NCBI GenBank assembly: GCA_040265115.1
Contig: JBDQGZ010000001.1
Coordinates: 1-41,502, forward strand
Length of the DNA stretch: 41,502 nt
From: Candidatus Nanopelagicales bacterium
GTDB lineage: Bacteria > Actinomycetota > Actinomycetes > S36-B12
Direction: 5' to 3'
Part shown: piece after piece, positions 9,746-19,115 of the stretch
How positions within the stretch are numbered: the stretch's first letter is position 1
Layout of the letters: each line of letters begins with the position of its first letter
The notes under the pieces: generated by a model
Databases searched by the model: none
What the model saw: only the letters and a program-made list of their open reading frames with translations
What the model was told of the DNA's origin: nothing
Made by a program: the position numbers and the translations under genes

Positions 9746-10924
9746 GTGTTTCCGCTTCTCGACGGGTATCGGGCCATCGCGGCCCTCATGGTGCTAACAA
9801 CCCATGTGGCCTTCACCACCGCCGAGATCTTCACCCCCGTCGTCGGGCCGCTGCTAGGCCGCATGGACTTCGGGGTGACCCTCTTCTTCGTTCTCTCGGG
9901 GTTCCTGATCTATCGACCCTGGGCCCTCGGCGCCATGATCGACGAGCCCGGTCCCGCCCTGGGTCGATATGCCGTCCGCCGAGCCGGGCGCATCCTCCCG
10001 GCGTACTGGCTCATGGTCGTGTTCACCCTCGCCGTGCTGCCGGAGATACAGCCGGTGTCGTGGACGACGTGGGCAGTCCACCTGGGCATGTTCCACATCT
10101 ATGTGCCGGGGTTCTCCCTGGAAGGACTCACCCAGACGTGGAGCCTCGCGACCGAGGTGTCCTTCTATGCCTTGCTGCCGCTGCTCGCGTGGCTGGCCGG
10201 TCGCCGCATGCGGGGACACGCCGATGCCAGCGCGCGCCGCCAACTGTCTCTTTTCCTCATCCTCGTCATAGTGGGCTGGGGATTCAATATCGCCCGCGTG
10301 AACGTGGGTGCCGTGGATCTCACCCTCACCGGCTTTTGGCTGCCGGGGTTCCTCGACTGGTTCGCCCTCGGCATGGCGCTCGCGGTCATCTCCGCCCGCT
10401 TGTCGCTCCCGGATCCCCCGGCATGGATGGAGCGGGTCCGCTCGCTGGCCCGGGATACCCCGACCTGCCTGCTCATCGCGGCCGCCGCCTACATCATCAT
10501 CGCGACTCCCATCGGTGGTCCGCTGACCTTTACCCTCGCGGCGCCCTTCGAGTTGCTCGTCAAGCACGCCGGCTTCGCGGTGATTGCCGGCTTCCTCCTG
10601 CTGCCGGGATTCCTCGGGCGCTGGGATGACTCGTCAGCCTGGGCCCGGCTCCTGCGCCATCCGGTGGTCGTCTACCTCGGCACTATCTCCTACGGAATCT
10701 TCCTGTGGCATCTGGTCTTGATGAGGCTGCTCATCGACATCGTCGACTACCCCGTGTTCACCGGTGGCTTCTGGTGGCTGTGGCCCGCCACCATCCTCAT
10801 GAGCGTCGTCGCCGCGAGCATCTCGTGGTTCGCCATCGAGGGTCCTATCCAGCATTGGACTCATCGGCGCGCTGGACGACGCGCGGGTTCGGTCCCGCTG
10901 TCGCAGCCAAGCCCAGCACCGTGA
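9746..10924 (+). CDS. Acyltransferase_3 family integral membrane O-acyltransferase, 392 aa, GTG start
   Basis: N-terminal FPLLDGYRAIAALMVLTTHV (typical acyltransferase_3 His motif region). About 10 TM segments. WSLATEVSFYALLP motif present. Confidence 0.85.
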   Translation: MFPLLDGYRAIAALMVLTTHVAFTTAEIFTPVVGPLLGRMDFGVTLFFVLSGFLIYRPWALGAMIDEPGPALGRYAVRRAGRILPAYWLMVVFTLAVLPEIQPVSWTTWAVHLGMFHIYVPGFSLEGLTQTWSLATEVSFYALLPLLAWLAGRRMRGHADASARRQLSLFLILVIVGWGFNIARVNVGAVDLTLTGFWLPGFLDWFALGMALAVISARLSLPDPPAWMERVRSLARDTPTCLLIAAAAYIIIATPIGGPLTFTLAAPFELLVKHAGFAVIAGFLLLPGFLGRWDDSSAWARLLRHPVVVYLGTISYGIFLWHLVLMRLLIDIVDYPVFTGGFWWLWPATILMSVVAASISWFAIEGPIQHWTHRRAGRRAGSVPLSQPSPAP

Positions 10925-13900
10925 ACAGGGCGGCCAGGCCGATCATCCATCCCGGGGCGTCCAGGCGCTCCGGCCACGGCATCATCGCGGCGAGGATGCC
11001 CGCGACCAGAATCGAGGCTCCCGCGAGAATCGCTCGGGTCTCCACCGCACGACCCTTCTCAAGGCCGCGTCGGCGAGCACCCCACACGAGAGCGCCGATG
11101 CCGACCGCACCCACTGCGAGCCCCGGCAATCCCGCAAGCAGAACGCTCGCGATGAGCCCCATCCCCGCCAGTACTGCCGGGCCGACAGGACCTTCGACCA
11201 TCGACTGCGGACCATATCGGCGCCTCGTCGGCCAGACCAACAGGACGATCAATCCGAGCAGGCCCATCGCACCGATCCCGAGCCCTAGCTGGTAGGCGCC
11301 GTTCGGCGCGAAGGCCATGTCGACCTGACCACCCTGTCCCGGCGGGATCACCCATGCCTGTCGCCATCCATCGACGCGGAGTGGAGTCAGGGCAACGCCA
11401 TCGAGTTCGGCGGTCCACCCGGGATTGAAATTCTCCGTAACCTCCAGCAATCGCGGCACCGACGCAGGGGCCACCTCGACGGCCCGCTCGGCAGATCCCC
11501 AGCGCAGTACCTCGGGGGTGTCGACAGTTGCGGAGGATCCCGCTGGGGCCACCGGCTCGAGCAGGACCGATTCCACCGTGAATTCCGGGGACGAGGCGAC
11601 CTGGAGCTGGTGCGTCCCTGCGGGCAGGTCGATCACACGGCCGCCGCATGGTCTCGCCGTGACGAGCGAATCGGTCAGAGCCTCCCCTGGAGTCCACGAG
11701 ACCTCGGTCGCCAGGACCGTCTCCCCTTCCACGACAACGTTGGGGCCATCTCCGCATGGCAGGGATAGCACTTCTGCGGGCGTGGGGCCCTTGATCAGGT
11801 CGGACGCCCCCAACACGCTCACCTCGCTAACCGCGATCGGCAGTGGGGTCAAGGTGCCCGTGAGGGGATCCAGGCTTCGCACCGTCGATGCGTTGTCGAA
11901 ACGGATCGTGAGGGCACGTGTCACCGTCGTTGGCATGCGCACGATGCCGTCCTCATCGATGACCGAGGTCGTCGTGATGCCATTCGCGATGAGGGTGACC
12001 GTCAGCGGTCGGGAGGAGGCAACGGCCGAGTTGATGCCGAGCCGAACTCCACGCACCTCTCGTGCCACTGCCCACGACAACCGGAGTTCGGGCCGGGTGT
12101 CTCCCATCTGGGCCATCCAGGATGTCTCCAGGCTTCCGTCCACCGCGGCCTGCGGACGCACCGCTGGGTCGGGGACTTGTTGACTCGTTGCCGTTGCCGT
12201 GATCGCGTTCGGGTCGGATGCGGTCAATTTCCAATCCAGGGCTTCCCCCACACGCGGGCGGACCTTCACCGCGACGCGATACTTCCCGTCCTCCGCTACG
12301 TCGAACTGTCGGACGATGCCGGCACGTTCCTCTCCGTAAGCGATCAAGGAATCGCTGCATCCGAAGACGCCGCCGATGGTTAGGCAGCCGGCAGTGTCGC
12401 CTCGTCGAGCGGTGAACACCAGCGGGCCACCCATCGCCACACCTGCCGTGTCATAGACGCGAGTCGGTGGCTCCGGAACGGCGATCTCGCGGATACCGAA
12501 GACTGACCCGCGCGAATCGGCCTCCTGGGCCGTCAACGTCACACGCAGGAATAATGTGGGGCCCTCCGGCACGGCGAGAAACTGCTCACCCTCGGTTGCC
12601 TCCACCCGCGTTATGACGGTCCCGGCGTCTGTTGTCACCTTGACCTCCGCAGGTACAGCCCGCCGTTGCTCATCAGCCACGAAGCGCACCGCAAGAGGAT
12701 CGCCGGTGAAGTCGCGGTCCTTATCCCATCGGACCTCCCACCATTGGCCCACCGCTTGCTCGACTCCGCTGCTCATCCATGCGGTAAACGGATCACCATC
12801 GACACCGGCAAACGGACCGCTGCCGACACCGCGCACGAAGAGCGCGTCCGCATCCGCTGCGGAGGACGACGCTCTCACCGACCCCCCTTCGTAGAACAAC
12901 GTGAGTTGTCGACCTTCGGGATCGATGGGCTCATAGTCGTGCACACGACGATCGGCCTGGAAAACATCATCGCCACCGAGCACGCCCGACCTGTTCCGCC
13001 AATTGCGTCCGAAGTTGACCTCACTCCGCGGATAGGAGTCGCTGATGCCGCGGCTGAGGGTGACATCACCCTGAGCCACCAGCGGTTGCTCATCCCCCGC
13101 GATCACCACCGGCGTTCCGGGATCGAGGGCCCCGACGTCCGCAAGATCCAGCATCCCCTCGGCTGCACCACTCATCACGAGAACCTCGTCGGCCGGGCGC
13201 AGCGCAACTCGCGGATCCCCGCCACCCTCGCCAGACATCACTCGCCAGATCTCAACAGCGGACTTCGTATCTCCTAGACCATTGTCGACCACGGTCGTTT
13301 CAGTCCGATACGGCGGCAGCACGGGTCCGAATGAGGCCACCGGCACGAAGCCTCCTGACCTCAGCAGACCCTGCCTGATGAGTTCACTTCGACTGGATTC
13401 TGAGCGGCGACGATCGAGATCATTGCGCACCACGATCCAAGAGATCCCCGCTCGAGACATAGCCGCAGACAACCCCGGCGCTCCTCGTCCGGTCGTGAGA
13501 CGCTCGTTCACGCCATCGAGCCAGCGGATCGCTCCAGCGCCCGACAGCGGCACAGCGTCTCGCACGACCCACGGGGTTGACGCCAGTACCTGCAAAGGTT
13601 CGTCATTCGTTCGTCCCCAGGTGTAGACCCCGAAAGAGGCACTCGGGAGCAGCAGTGCGCGCCCAGCCTGCTGTTGATCGGCGAGCCAGGAAGCCGCATC
13701 GGACCAATAGGTCGGAATGTCCACGAAACTACGGTCGCGGGTCAGCATCCCGGCGAGCGCAGGCTGCGCACTAGTGATTAACGACAGGGCGATGACTCCG
13801 ACTGCCAACATCCCCGACCATCGTGTCCACCTGTTCCGCTTGCTCTCCGCCGAGTTGATGCGTGTCCACAGCCAGGCCACCGCTCCCGCGACGCCGATGG

Positions 13901-15068
13901 CCATGGGCAGCCGGATGAGTAAGTCAAACTTGTGCGTGTTTCGTAGCGGGGCGAGCGCTCCATCGAGCAAGGTTCGCGCCAGATCGGCCCCGAGGCCGGG
14001 GATCTGCCCGACATGGCCGAAGCCGACCGCGATCACGCCGATCAACAGGATGCCCACCAGGAACAGGCGATGCGGGGTCGCGCGTAGTGACAGTCCGAAC
14101 ACACCGACCGCGGCGACGACCCCTGTCGCAAGGATCAGACCGGTCGACGTCACCAATGCCCATCCGCTGGGCCAGACCGGTCCGCTGCTGTCGGAGATGT
14201 AGGCCACCCACTGCGATGTCCCGCGCACGACCGTGTCGGGAGCCGTGATCGAGGTCGTGACGGACGCCGACTCAATCCAATCCAAGAAGGGTGGCGAATA
14301 CTGACCCAGCACGAGGAGAGGGATCGCCCACCACAGGGTGGCAGCCACCACCGCGAGACTCCACCACCCAAGCATCGAGCCAAGCCGCCGTCCGCGGAAT
14401 CGCGTGAGGATCCACCAAACTCCGAGGGGAAGCACCGCAGCACTTGCGACCGCGTTGACGCCTCCCGCGCAGGCGATCGCCACACCCGACCATGCCGCCC
14501 AACGCCGAGGCGATCCGCCCTCGGCCGCTCGAACGAGCGGGATGAGCACCCACGGCGCGATGGCGAAAGGAAGCACCTCGACCGACAAGACCCCGAGCTC
14601 CGTCACCATGCGCGGGGCGAGGACATAGGCCAGTCCACCCGCGAGTCGCGGCCAGAATCCCGTGATCCCGAGTAGGCGGGCGAGCCGCACGATGCCGAGG
14701 AACGCGACGACGAGGAGCAGAGACCACCACAGACGCTGGATCACCCACTCCGGGGCGCCAAGGATGTTCCCGATCCAAAAGAATGGGCCCATCGGAAACA
14801 GGTAGCCATACCCCTGGTTCTGCAACTGACCGAAGAAGGCCAGCGGCTCCCACAGGTCTCCCGCGCGACTGAGGAGCCCTCCGGGGTTCACGATGAGGTC
14901 GAGTTTGGTGTCCGCAGCGATCCGGCCCGGGTCCTGGGTGAACGCCAGCGCCACTAGACCGAGGCAGGCTGCAAACCAGCGCCATCGGACTGTCGACACG
15001 CTTGGCGTCGGATGATCCGTCGCCGTCGATCCCCCGGCGGGCTCACCTCCGGTGACCCCTACCGTCAT
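10845..15068 (-). CDS. AftD-like alpha-(1->3)-arabinofuranosyltransferase family protein (DUF3367 GT-C membrane domain plus large extracytoplasmic discoidin/F5-8-type-C-like domains), 1407 aa
   Basis: N-terminal motif FTQDPGRIAADTKLDLIVNPGGLLSRAGDLWEPLAFFGQLQNQGYGYLFPMGPFFW is characteristic of this family. A multi-TM N-terminal region is followed by a roughly 700-aa soluble region and a C-terminal TM bundle. The ATG at 15068 overlaps the methyltransferase stop (ATGA). Confidence 0.85.
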   Translation of the reverse strand: MTVGVTGGEPAGGSTATDHPTPSVSTVRWRWFAACLGLVALAFTQDPGRIAADTKLDLIVNPGGLLSRAGDLWEPLAFFGQLQNQGYGYLFPMGPFFWIGNILGAPEWVIQRLWWSLLLVVAFLGIVRLARLLGITGFWPRLAGGLAYVLAPRMVTELGVLSVEVLPFAIAPWVLIPLVRAAEGGSPRRWAAWSGVAIACAGGVNAVASAAVLPLGVWWILTRFRGRRLGSMLGWWSLAVVAATLWWAIPLLVLGQYSPPFLDWIESASVTTSITAPDTVVRGTSQWVAYISDSSGPVWPSGWALVTSTGLILATGVVAAVGVFGLSLRATPHRLFLVGILLIGVIAVGFGHVGQIPGLGADLARTLLDGALAPLRNTHKFDLLIRLPMAIGVAGAVAWLWTRINSAESKRNRWTRWSGMLAVGVIALSLITSAQPALAGMLTRDRSFVDIPTYWSDAASWLADQQQAGRALLLPSASFGVYTWGRTNDEPLQVLASTPWVVRDAVPLSGAGAIRWLDGVNERLTTGRGAPGLSAAMSRAGISWIVVRNDLDRRRSESSRSELIRQGLLRSGGFVPVASFGPVLPPYRTETTVVDNGLGDTKSAVEIWRVMSGEGGGDPRVALRPADEVLVMSGAAEGMLDLADVGALDPGTPVVIAGDEQPLVAQGDVTLSRGISDSYPRSEVNFGRNWRNRSGVLGGDDVFQADRRVHDYEPIDPEGRQLTLFYEGGSVRASSSAADADALFVRGVGSGPFAGVDGDPFTAWMSSGVEQAVGQWWEVRWDKDRDFTGDPLAVRFVADEQRRAVPAEVKVTTDAGTVITRVEATEGEQFLAVPEGPTLFLRVTLTAQEADSRGSVFGIREIAVPEPPTRVYDTAGVAMGGPLVFTARRGDTAGCLTIGGVFGCSDSLIAYGEERAGIVRQFDVAEDGKYRVAVKVRPRVGEALDWKLTASDPNAITATATSQQVPDPAVRPQAAVDGSLETSWMAQMGDTRPELRLSWAVAREVRGVRLGINSAVASSRPLTVTLIANGITTTSVIDEDGIVRMPTTVTRALTIRFDNASTVRSLDPLTGTLTPLPIAVSEVSVLGASDLIKGPTPAEVLSLPCGDGPNVVVEGETVLATEVSWTPGEALTDSLVTARPCGGRVIDLPAGTHQLQVASSPEFTVESVLLEPVAPAGSSATVDTPEVLRWGSAERAVEVAPASVPRLLEVTENFNPGWTAELDGVALTPLRVDGWRQAWVIPPGQGGQVDMAFAPNGAYQLGLGIGAMGLLGLIVLLVWPTRRRYGPQSMVEGPVGPAVLAGMGLIASVLLAGLPGLAVGAVGIGALVWGARRRGLEKGRAVETRAILAGASILVAGILAAMMPWPERLDAPGWMIGLAALFTVLGLAATAGPNPRVVQRADESNAG

Positions 15069-15826
15069 GGAACATCCCGACGGCGCAGCACGAACATGGC
15101 GTTCCAGCAGACGGCTTCGCGCAGGACCGGAACCATGGCAACCGACCGGGCCCACTCCGGGAAATATCGAGGGATCACCGCTATTAGTTCAACCCTGTGC
15201 TGACGCCGCGCCCACCTTTCACCCTCAGCGAGGGTGATCGGGAACAGCGATGATCCGAATCTGTTCTTGGGTTCATGACCGACACGCCGTCGATATCGCT
15301 GGGCTGCGCGCTCTCCCCCGAGCAGATGCCAGGGGGACGTCTCATGGCCGCCCCAGGGGCCCCACCACAGGGTGTAGGAAAGCACGATCGTTCCCCCGGG
15401 GCGGGTGACCCGGACCATCTCATCGGCCATCCGCCAGGGTTCGTCAACGTGCTCGGCGACGTTGGAGGAGTAGGTGACGTCGAAGGTAGCGGTAGCGAAG
15501 GGAAGTAGCCGGCCGTCCGCCTGCACGGTTCGACTCGACGGGCTCCGTCCATGCAGTCGCATCTCACCGGCGTCGGCGTCCACGGCGATGTAGGCGGCGC
15601 CGCGGGCCTCGAACGCCGACTGGAAGAACCCCGGGCCTCCTCCCACATCGAGCATGAGAGCTCCCGCGAGCGGATGCCAGGAGTCGACCTGTCCGGCAGA
15701 ATCGGCGGCCAGCGCCCGATAGAAGCGATCGGGATCGGATTGCTCGACGAGGAAGTCGGTGAACAGCCGACGCGAGCGCGCCACCGTGGCGCGCCAGGGG
15801 CTCACCTCAGGCACCGGCTTCGACAC
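15065..15826 (-). CDS. Class I SAM-dependent methyltransferase, about 246-266 aa; start ambiguous among the GTGs at 15805, 15826 and 15865
   Basis: SAM-binding motif I (LMLDVGGGPGFF), FDVTYSSNVAEHV and RPGGTIVLSY are present. Only the C-terminal roughly 250 aa of the 480-aa ORF look like protein. The upstream part is antisense to the GT4 gene. Confidence 0.8.
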   Translation of the reverse strand: MSKPVPEVSPWRATVARSRRLFTDFLVEQSDPDRFYRALAADSAGQVDSWHPLAGALMLDVGGGPGFFQSAFEARGAAYIAVDADAGEMRLHGRSPSSRTVQADGRLLPFATATFDVTYSSNVAEHVDEPWRMADEMVRVTRPGGTIVLSYTLWWGPWGGHETSPWHLLGGERAAQRYRRRVGHEPKNRFGSSLFPITLAEGERWARRQHRVELIAVIPRYFPEWARSVAMVPVLREAVCWNAMFVLRRRDVP

Positions 15827-15877
15827 CGGGTGACGGTACCCCACCCACGGCACGGGTTTCTTCACTACGGTGTCCCG

Positions 15878-17062
15878 GTGCGCATCGCGTGGCTGAACTG
15901 GCGAGACACCGCCAATCCCGAAGGGGGCGGGTCGGAGGTTTATCTCGAGCGCATTGCGACGCTTCTCGCTGAGCGCGGACACGAAGTGACGGTGGTCTGC
16001 GCCGCCCATGACCGCGCTCCGGGGGACGAACGCCGTGAGGGGGTGCGCTTCGTGCGCCGCGGATCGAAGTTGGGGGTGTACGGGCAGGCTCGCCGGCTGC
16101 TGCGATCGGGTGAACTCGGACCCGTCGATGTCGTGGTCGACACCCAGAATGGCATTCCTTTTTTCGCGCCGTGGGCGACGCGGGCCCCGGTGCTTGTTCT
16201 CGTCCATCACGTCCACCGAGAGCAGTGGCCGGTGGTCTACGACCCCGTCAGATCCCGCGCCGGGTGGTTCCTGGAATCCCGGATCGCACCGTGGGTCTAC
16301 CGCCGCCAGCGCTATGTCGCCGTGTCGGGTCGGACCCGGGAGGAGCTCATCGAACTCGGAGTAGACCGCCGGCGGATCAGCGTGGTGCACAACGGAACGG
16401 ACACGCTCGGACCAGAGTCCACCTTCGAGGACCTGATGCGCCAGCGGGCTCCACGCCCCACGATCGCGGTGTTGGGACGTCTCGTCCCACACAAACGGGT
16501 GGAGCATGTACTGAAGGCTGCGTCCAGCCTGCGAGAGTCAATTCCGGATCTGCGGGTGGAGGTCATCGGTGATGGTTGGTGGGCAGATCGCCTCGTGGAT
16601 GCTGCGAGCGACCTCGGTGTCGATGACCTCGTTACCTTCCATGGGCACGTCGACGACGCGCGCAAGGACGAACTCCTTCGACAAGCCTGGGTGCTGGCCC
16701 TGCCTTCGCTGAAGGAGGGTTGGGGCCTGGTCGTCATGGAAGCAGCAGCTCGGGGTGTTCCCGCCGTGGCCTACTCCAGGGCTGGAGGGGTGGCGGAGTC
16801 GATCCGATCCGATTGCACCGGTGTGCTGGTGGAGGGCGAGGAAGACGACGAATACGGTGGAATCAACGGCTTCACGGCCGCTCTGCGGCGGGTTCTCACC
16901 GACACCGGATTCCGCGAGGACCTCGGGCGGTCAGCCCACGCCCACGCCCACGACTACGACTGGAAGGCGAGCACAGATGCTTTCGAAGAGGTCTTGCGTC
17001 AGGTGACGGGCGAACGACCGAACTCCCACTGGGAGGGTGTGGGTCAGTTCGTCGATCCGTAG
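15878..17062 (+). CDS. GT4-family glycosyltransferase, 394 aa from the GTG at 15878
   Basis: Begins VRIAWLNWRDTANPEGGGSEVYLERIA, a typical GT4 N-terminus. The E-x7-E region is EGWGLVVMEAAARGVP. Divergent from the methyltransferase. Confidence 0.85.
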   Translation: MRIAWLNWRDTANPEGGGSEVYLERIATLLAERGHEVTVVCAAHDRAPGDERREGVRFVRRGSKLGVYGQARRLLRSGELGPVDVVVDTQNGIPFFAPWATRAPVLVLVHHVHREQWPVVYDPVRSRAGWFLESRIAPWVYRRQRYVAVSGRTREELIELGVDRRRISVVHNGTDTLGPESTFEDLMRQRAPRPTIAVLGRLVPHKRVEHVLKAASSLRESIPDLRVEVIGDGWWADRLVDAASDLGVDDLVTFHGHVDDARKDELLRQAWVLALPSLKEGWGLVVMEAAARGVPAVAYSRAGGVAESIRSDCTGVLVEGEEDDEYGGINGFTAALRRVLTDTGFREDLGRSAHAHAHDYDWKASTDAFEEVLRQVTGERPNSHWEGVGQFVDP

Positions 17063-17187
17063 ACGACGTAGGGGGCGTCGACCGTGGCAGGGACGGCGGA
17101 CTGAGACGAGATGATGCCGAAAGCGGCACCACCGGCAATCACAGCACCCACCACTGCGGCAATGATCGGCCCGACGACGGCGCTCAT
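17044..17187 (-). CDS. Small secreted/membrane protein, DUF2613-like, 47 aa
   Basis: MSAVVGPIIAAVVGAVIAGGAAFGIISSQSAVPATVDAPYVVYGSTN has a single hydrophobic helix and a C-terminal YG motif. The ATG at 17187 is preceded by gagaaggatcggggtgag. Position next to AftD-like genes resembles the mycobacterial small-protein gene beside aftD (from memory). The 3' end overlaps the convergent GT4 gene by 19 nt. Confidence 0.6.
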   Translation of the reverse strand: MSAVVGPIIAAVVGAVIAGGAAFGIISSQSAVPATVDAPYVVYGSTN

Positions 17188-17313
17188 CTGCTCACCCCGA
17201 TCCTTCTCGGCATTCGATGCGGACCGCTCCACGCGAGGCCGCCGGCGACACAGTAGCAGGATCGAGTCGTGTGCGGGCATGTTCACTACCGAGGCCCATG
17301 AACGAGTCGCCGG

Positions 17314-19104
17314 TCACCCGGGGGCGTGTCCCCCCCGGAGCCGATGACGCACCGTCACTCCAACCGCGGCGATCAATCCCAGGATGACGGCTGCATCGAC
17401 CGCGAGGATCCATGCAGCCGCCGCTGAGGGCTCGTGGGTGTCGATGGGCTCACCCGCCGGCAGGGCCCACCAGACGAAGTCGCCCGCTGCTCCCGCGGGC
17501 CGCAGTCCCCGAAGGATCCCGGCCCCCGGTTCGGGTTGCTGGCCTACCTCGACCAGGACGAATCGGGCACCGATGGGGCCCATGATCTCCGCCAGAGGTC
17601 GCCCCTGCGCGATGGCGGTGCTCACGATCGCCGAGCGAGGATCATCCCCGGTGATCTGCTCGATCTGGCCACTCCTGGCCACCGCGAGGGTGTCTGAGGC
17701 GATGGAGGATCTGGGCAGCCACCGAGGAGCCGGATCCAAGATAGTCCGATTGGCGTTGAAATCGAAACGGCGGAAGTTCGACCAGGGCAACACGATGACA
17801 TCACCCGGCTCGGGATCCGCGGCGAAGGCCGCGCGCATCTGCGCCCATTGCGTCGGATAGTCGACGGCACTCAACCGGCCCTGGACTCCCCACACCCCAT
17901 CGGGGATCAATGCGACGGGGACGATGGCGCAGGCCACCACCAAGACGGCGCGCGTCGTGCGGTCGGCGATGCGCCGTCCTATCTGGGCGATACCCGGGCC
18001 AGCCAGGATGGCCAGTAGGGCGACCAGCGGAGCCAGCAACTTCTGGGAGTCTCGGGCCAGCCCGCCCCCGGGGACGATGTCCAAGACCGCGGCCCACGCC
18101 GTGCCCCAGGTGGCGGAGACGCCTGCTGCGAGGAAGCCGACCGCGGCGAGACCGGTCAGCCAGCCCAGAGGGCCGTTGCCGAGATGCCTCCTCACCTCGC
18201 TCCACCCGAGCACCGCAGCGGCCAGGGCCACCAGCGTCAGCACCAAGGCCAGGACGGTGCCTCGGGAAGCCGGCACGACCTCGGCGTTCCACAGGCCACC
18301 GCCACCGAGGGCCGTCACCCATGGGCCCCAGGGCCCTTCGCTGCGCAGCGCGAAGACTTCTGCTCCCGCTGGGTCGCCAACTCCGACGTTGGGGTGCACC
18401 AGGGCGGGGAGGATCCAGGGCAGGTTGACACTCACCACTGCCGCGGCCCCCGCAAGTCCCCGAGCCCATCCGACGCGCGGGGGCCAGCAGGCGATCGGGA
18501 TCGTCACCAGCGCCAGGAGGATCCCGCCCGAGGGAACGAGGGATCCCGCGGCGCACAGCCAGATAAGCGCGATCCAGCCGCGTCCCGTTCGCCGGATGCG
18601 AATCGCGGTGCCCACGGCCCACGGCATCAGCGCGTATGCCAGCAGCAGCGCCCAGTGCCCCTGGACAAGGCGCTCGATGACGAACGGGTTCCAGATCATC
18701 AAACTCACGCTGATGAGCTGCGCGCCTAGCCCCGCGAATGAGACCAGCCGGGCGACTCCGAGCCCGGCCAGGATCGGAATCGCGAGGAGCACGAGGTGCT
18801 GTAGCCAGGCACCGTCGATGACGGTGGTTGCCGCCGCTACGACGGCGTCCTGGGGCACCGAGCGGGGCAGTCCACCCTGGAGGCCGAGGAATTCCGGCAG
18901 CAGGCTCTGCCGCGGGACGAAGACCATGTCGTAGCTCAGGGTGAAGCCCCGGCCTAGGGAGGGCCCGAGGAGCAGCACAGTGAGCAGCGCTGTCCACGCC
19001 CACACGAGGACGTCTCGCCAGGTCCACCGGGACAACCACCGGGATCGGAGCGCGCCAGCCTGCCACCCGGTCATTCGGGTCCGCACTCCGTCCTTCGCCG
19101 TCAT
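17314..19104 (-). CDS. Polytopic integral membrane protein, possible GT-C-type glycosyltransferase (Rv0226c-like by context), 596 aa (alternative ATG at 19074)
   Basis: More than 10 predicted TM helices. An acidic motif sits in the first extracytoplasmic loop (TLSYDMVFVP). A C-terminal soluble domain of about 150 aa is followed by a final TM. No specific catalytic family could be assigned by eye. Confidence 0.7.
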   Translation of the reverse strand: MTAKDGVRTRMTGWQAGALRSRWLSRWTWRDVLVWAWTALLTVLLLGPSLGRGFTLSYDMVFVPRQSLLPEFLGLQGGLPRSVPQDAVVAAATTVIDGAWLQHLVLLAIPILAGLGVARLVSFAGLGAQLISVSLMIWNPFVIERLVQGHWALLLAYALMPWAVGTAIRIRRTGRGWIALIWLCAAGSLVPSGGILLALVTIPIACWPPRVGWARGLAGAAAVVSVNLPWILPALVHPNVGVGDPAGAEVFALRSEGPWGPWVTALGGGGLWNAEVVPASRGTVLALVLTLVALAAAVLGWSEVRRHLGNGPLGWLTGLAAVGFLAAGVSATWGTAWAAVLDIVPGGGLARDSQKLLAPLVALLAILAGPGIAQIGRRIADRTTRAVLVVACAIVPVALIPDGVWGVQGRLSAVDYPTQWAQMRAAFAADPEPGDVIVLPWSNFRRFDFNANRTILDPAPRWLPRSSIASDTLAVARSGQIEQITGDDPRSAIVSTAIAQGRPLAEIMGPIGARFVLVEVGQQPEPGAGILRGLRPAGAAGDFVWWALPAGEPIDTHEPSAAAAWILAVDAAVILGLIAAVGVTVRHRLRGGHAPG

Positions 19105-19115
19105 CGCGCACTATC

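Noticed and set aside
15827-16507. The upstream 227 residues of the 480-aa minus-strand ORF, which would make the methyltransferase a much larger protein.
   Set aside because: This part is antisense to the well-supported GT4 gene and has no methyltransferase or other motifs. Homologues as I recall them are about 250 aa. It is an ORF extension caused by the lack of stop codons.
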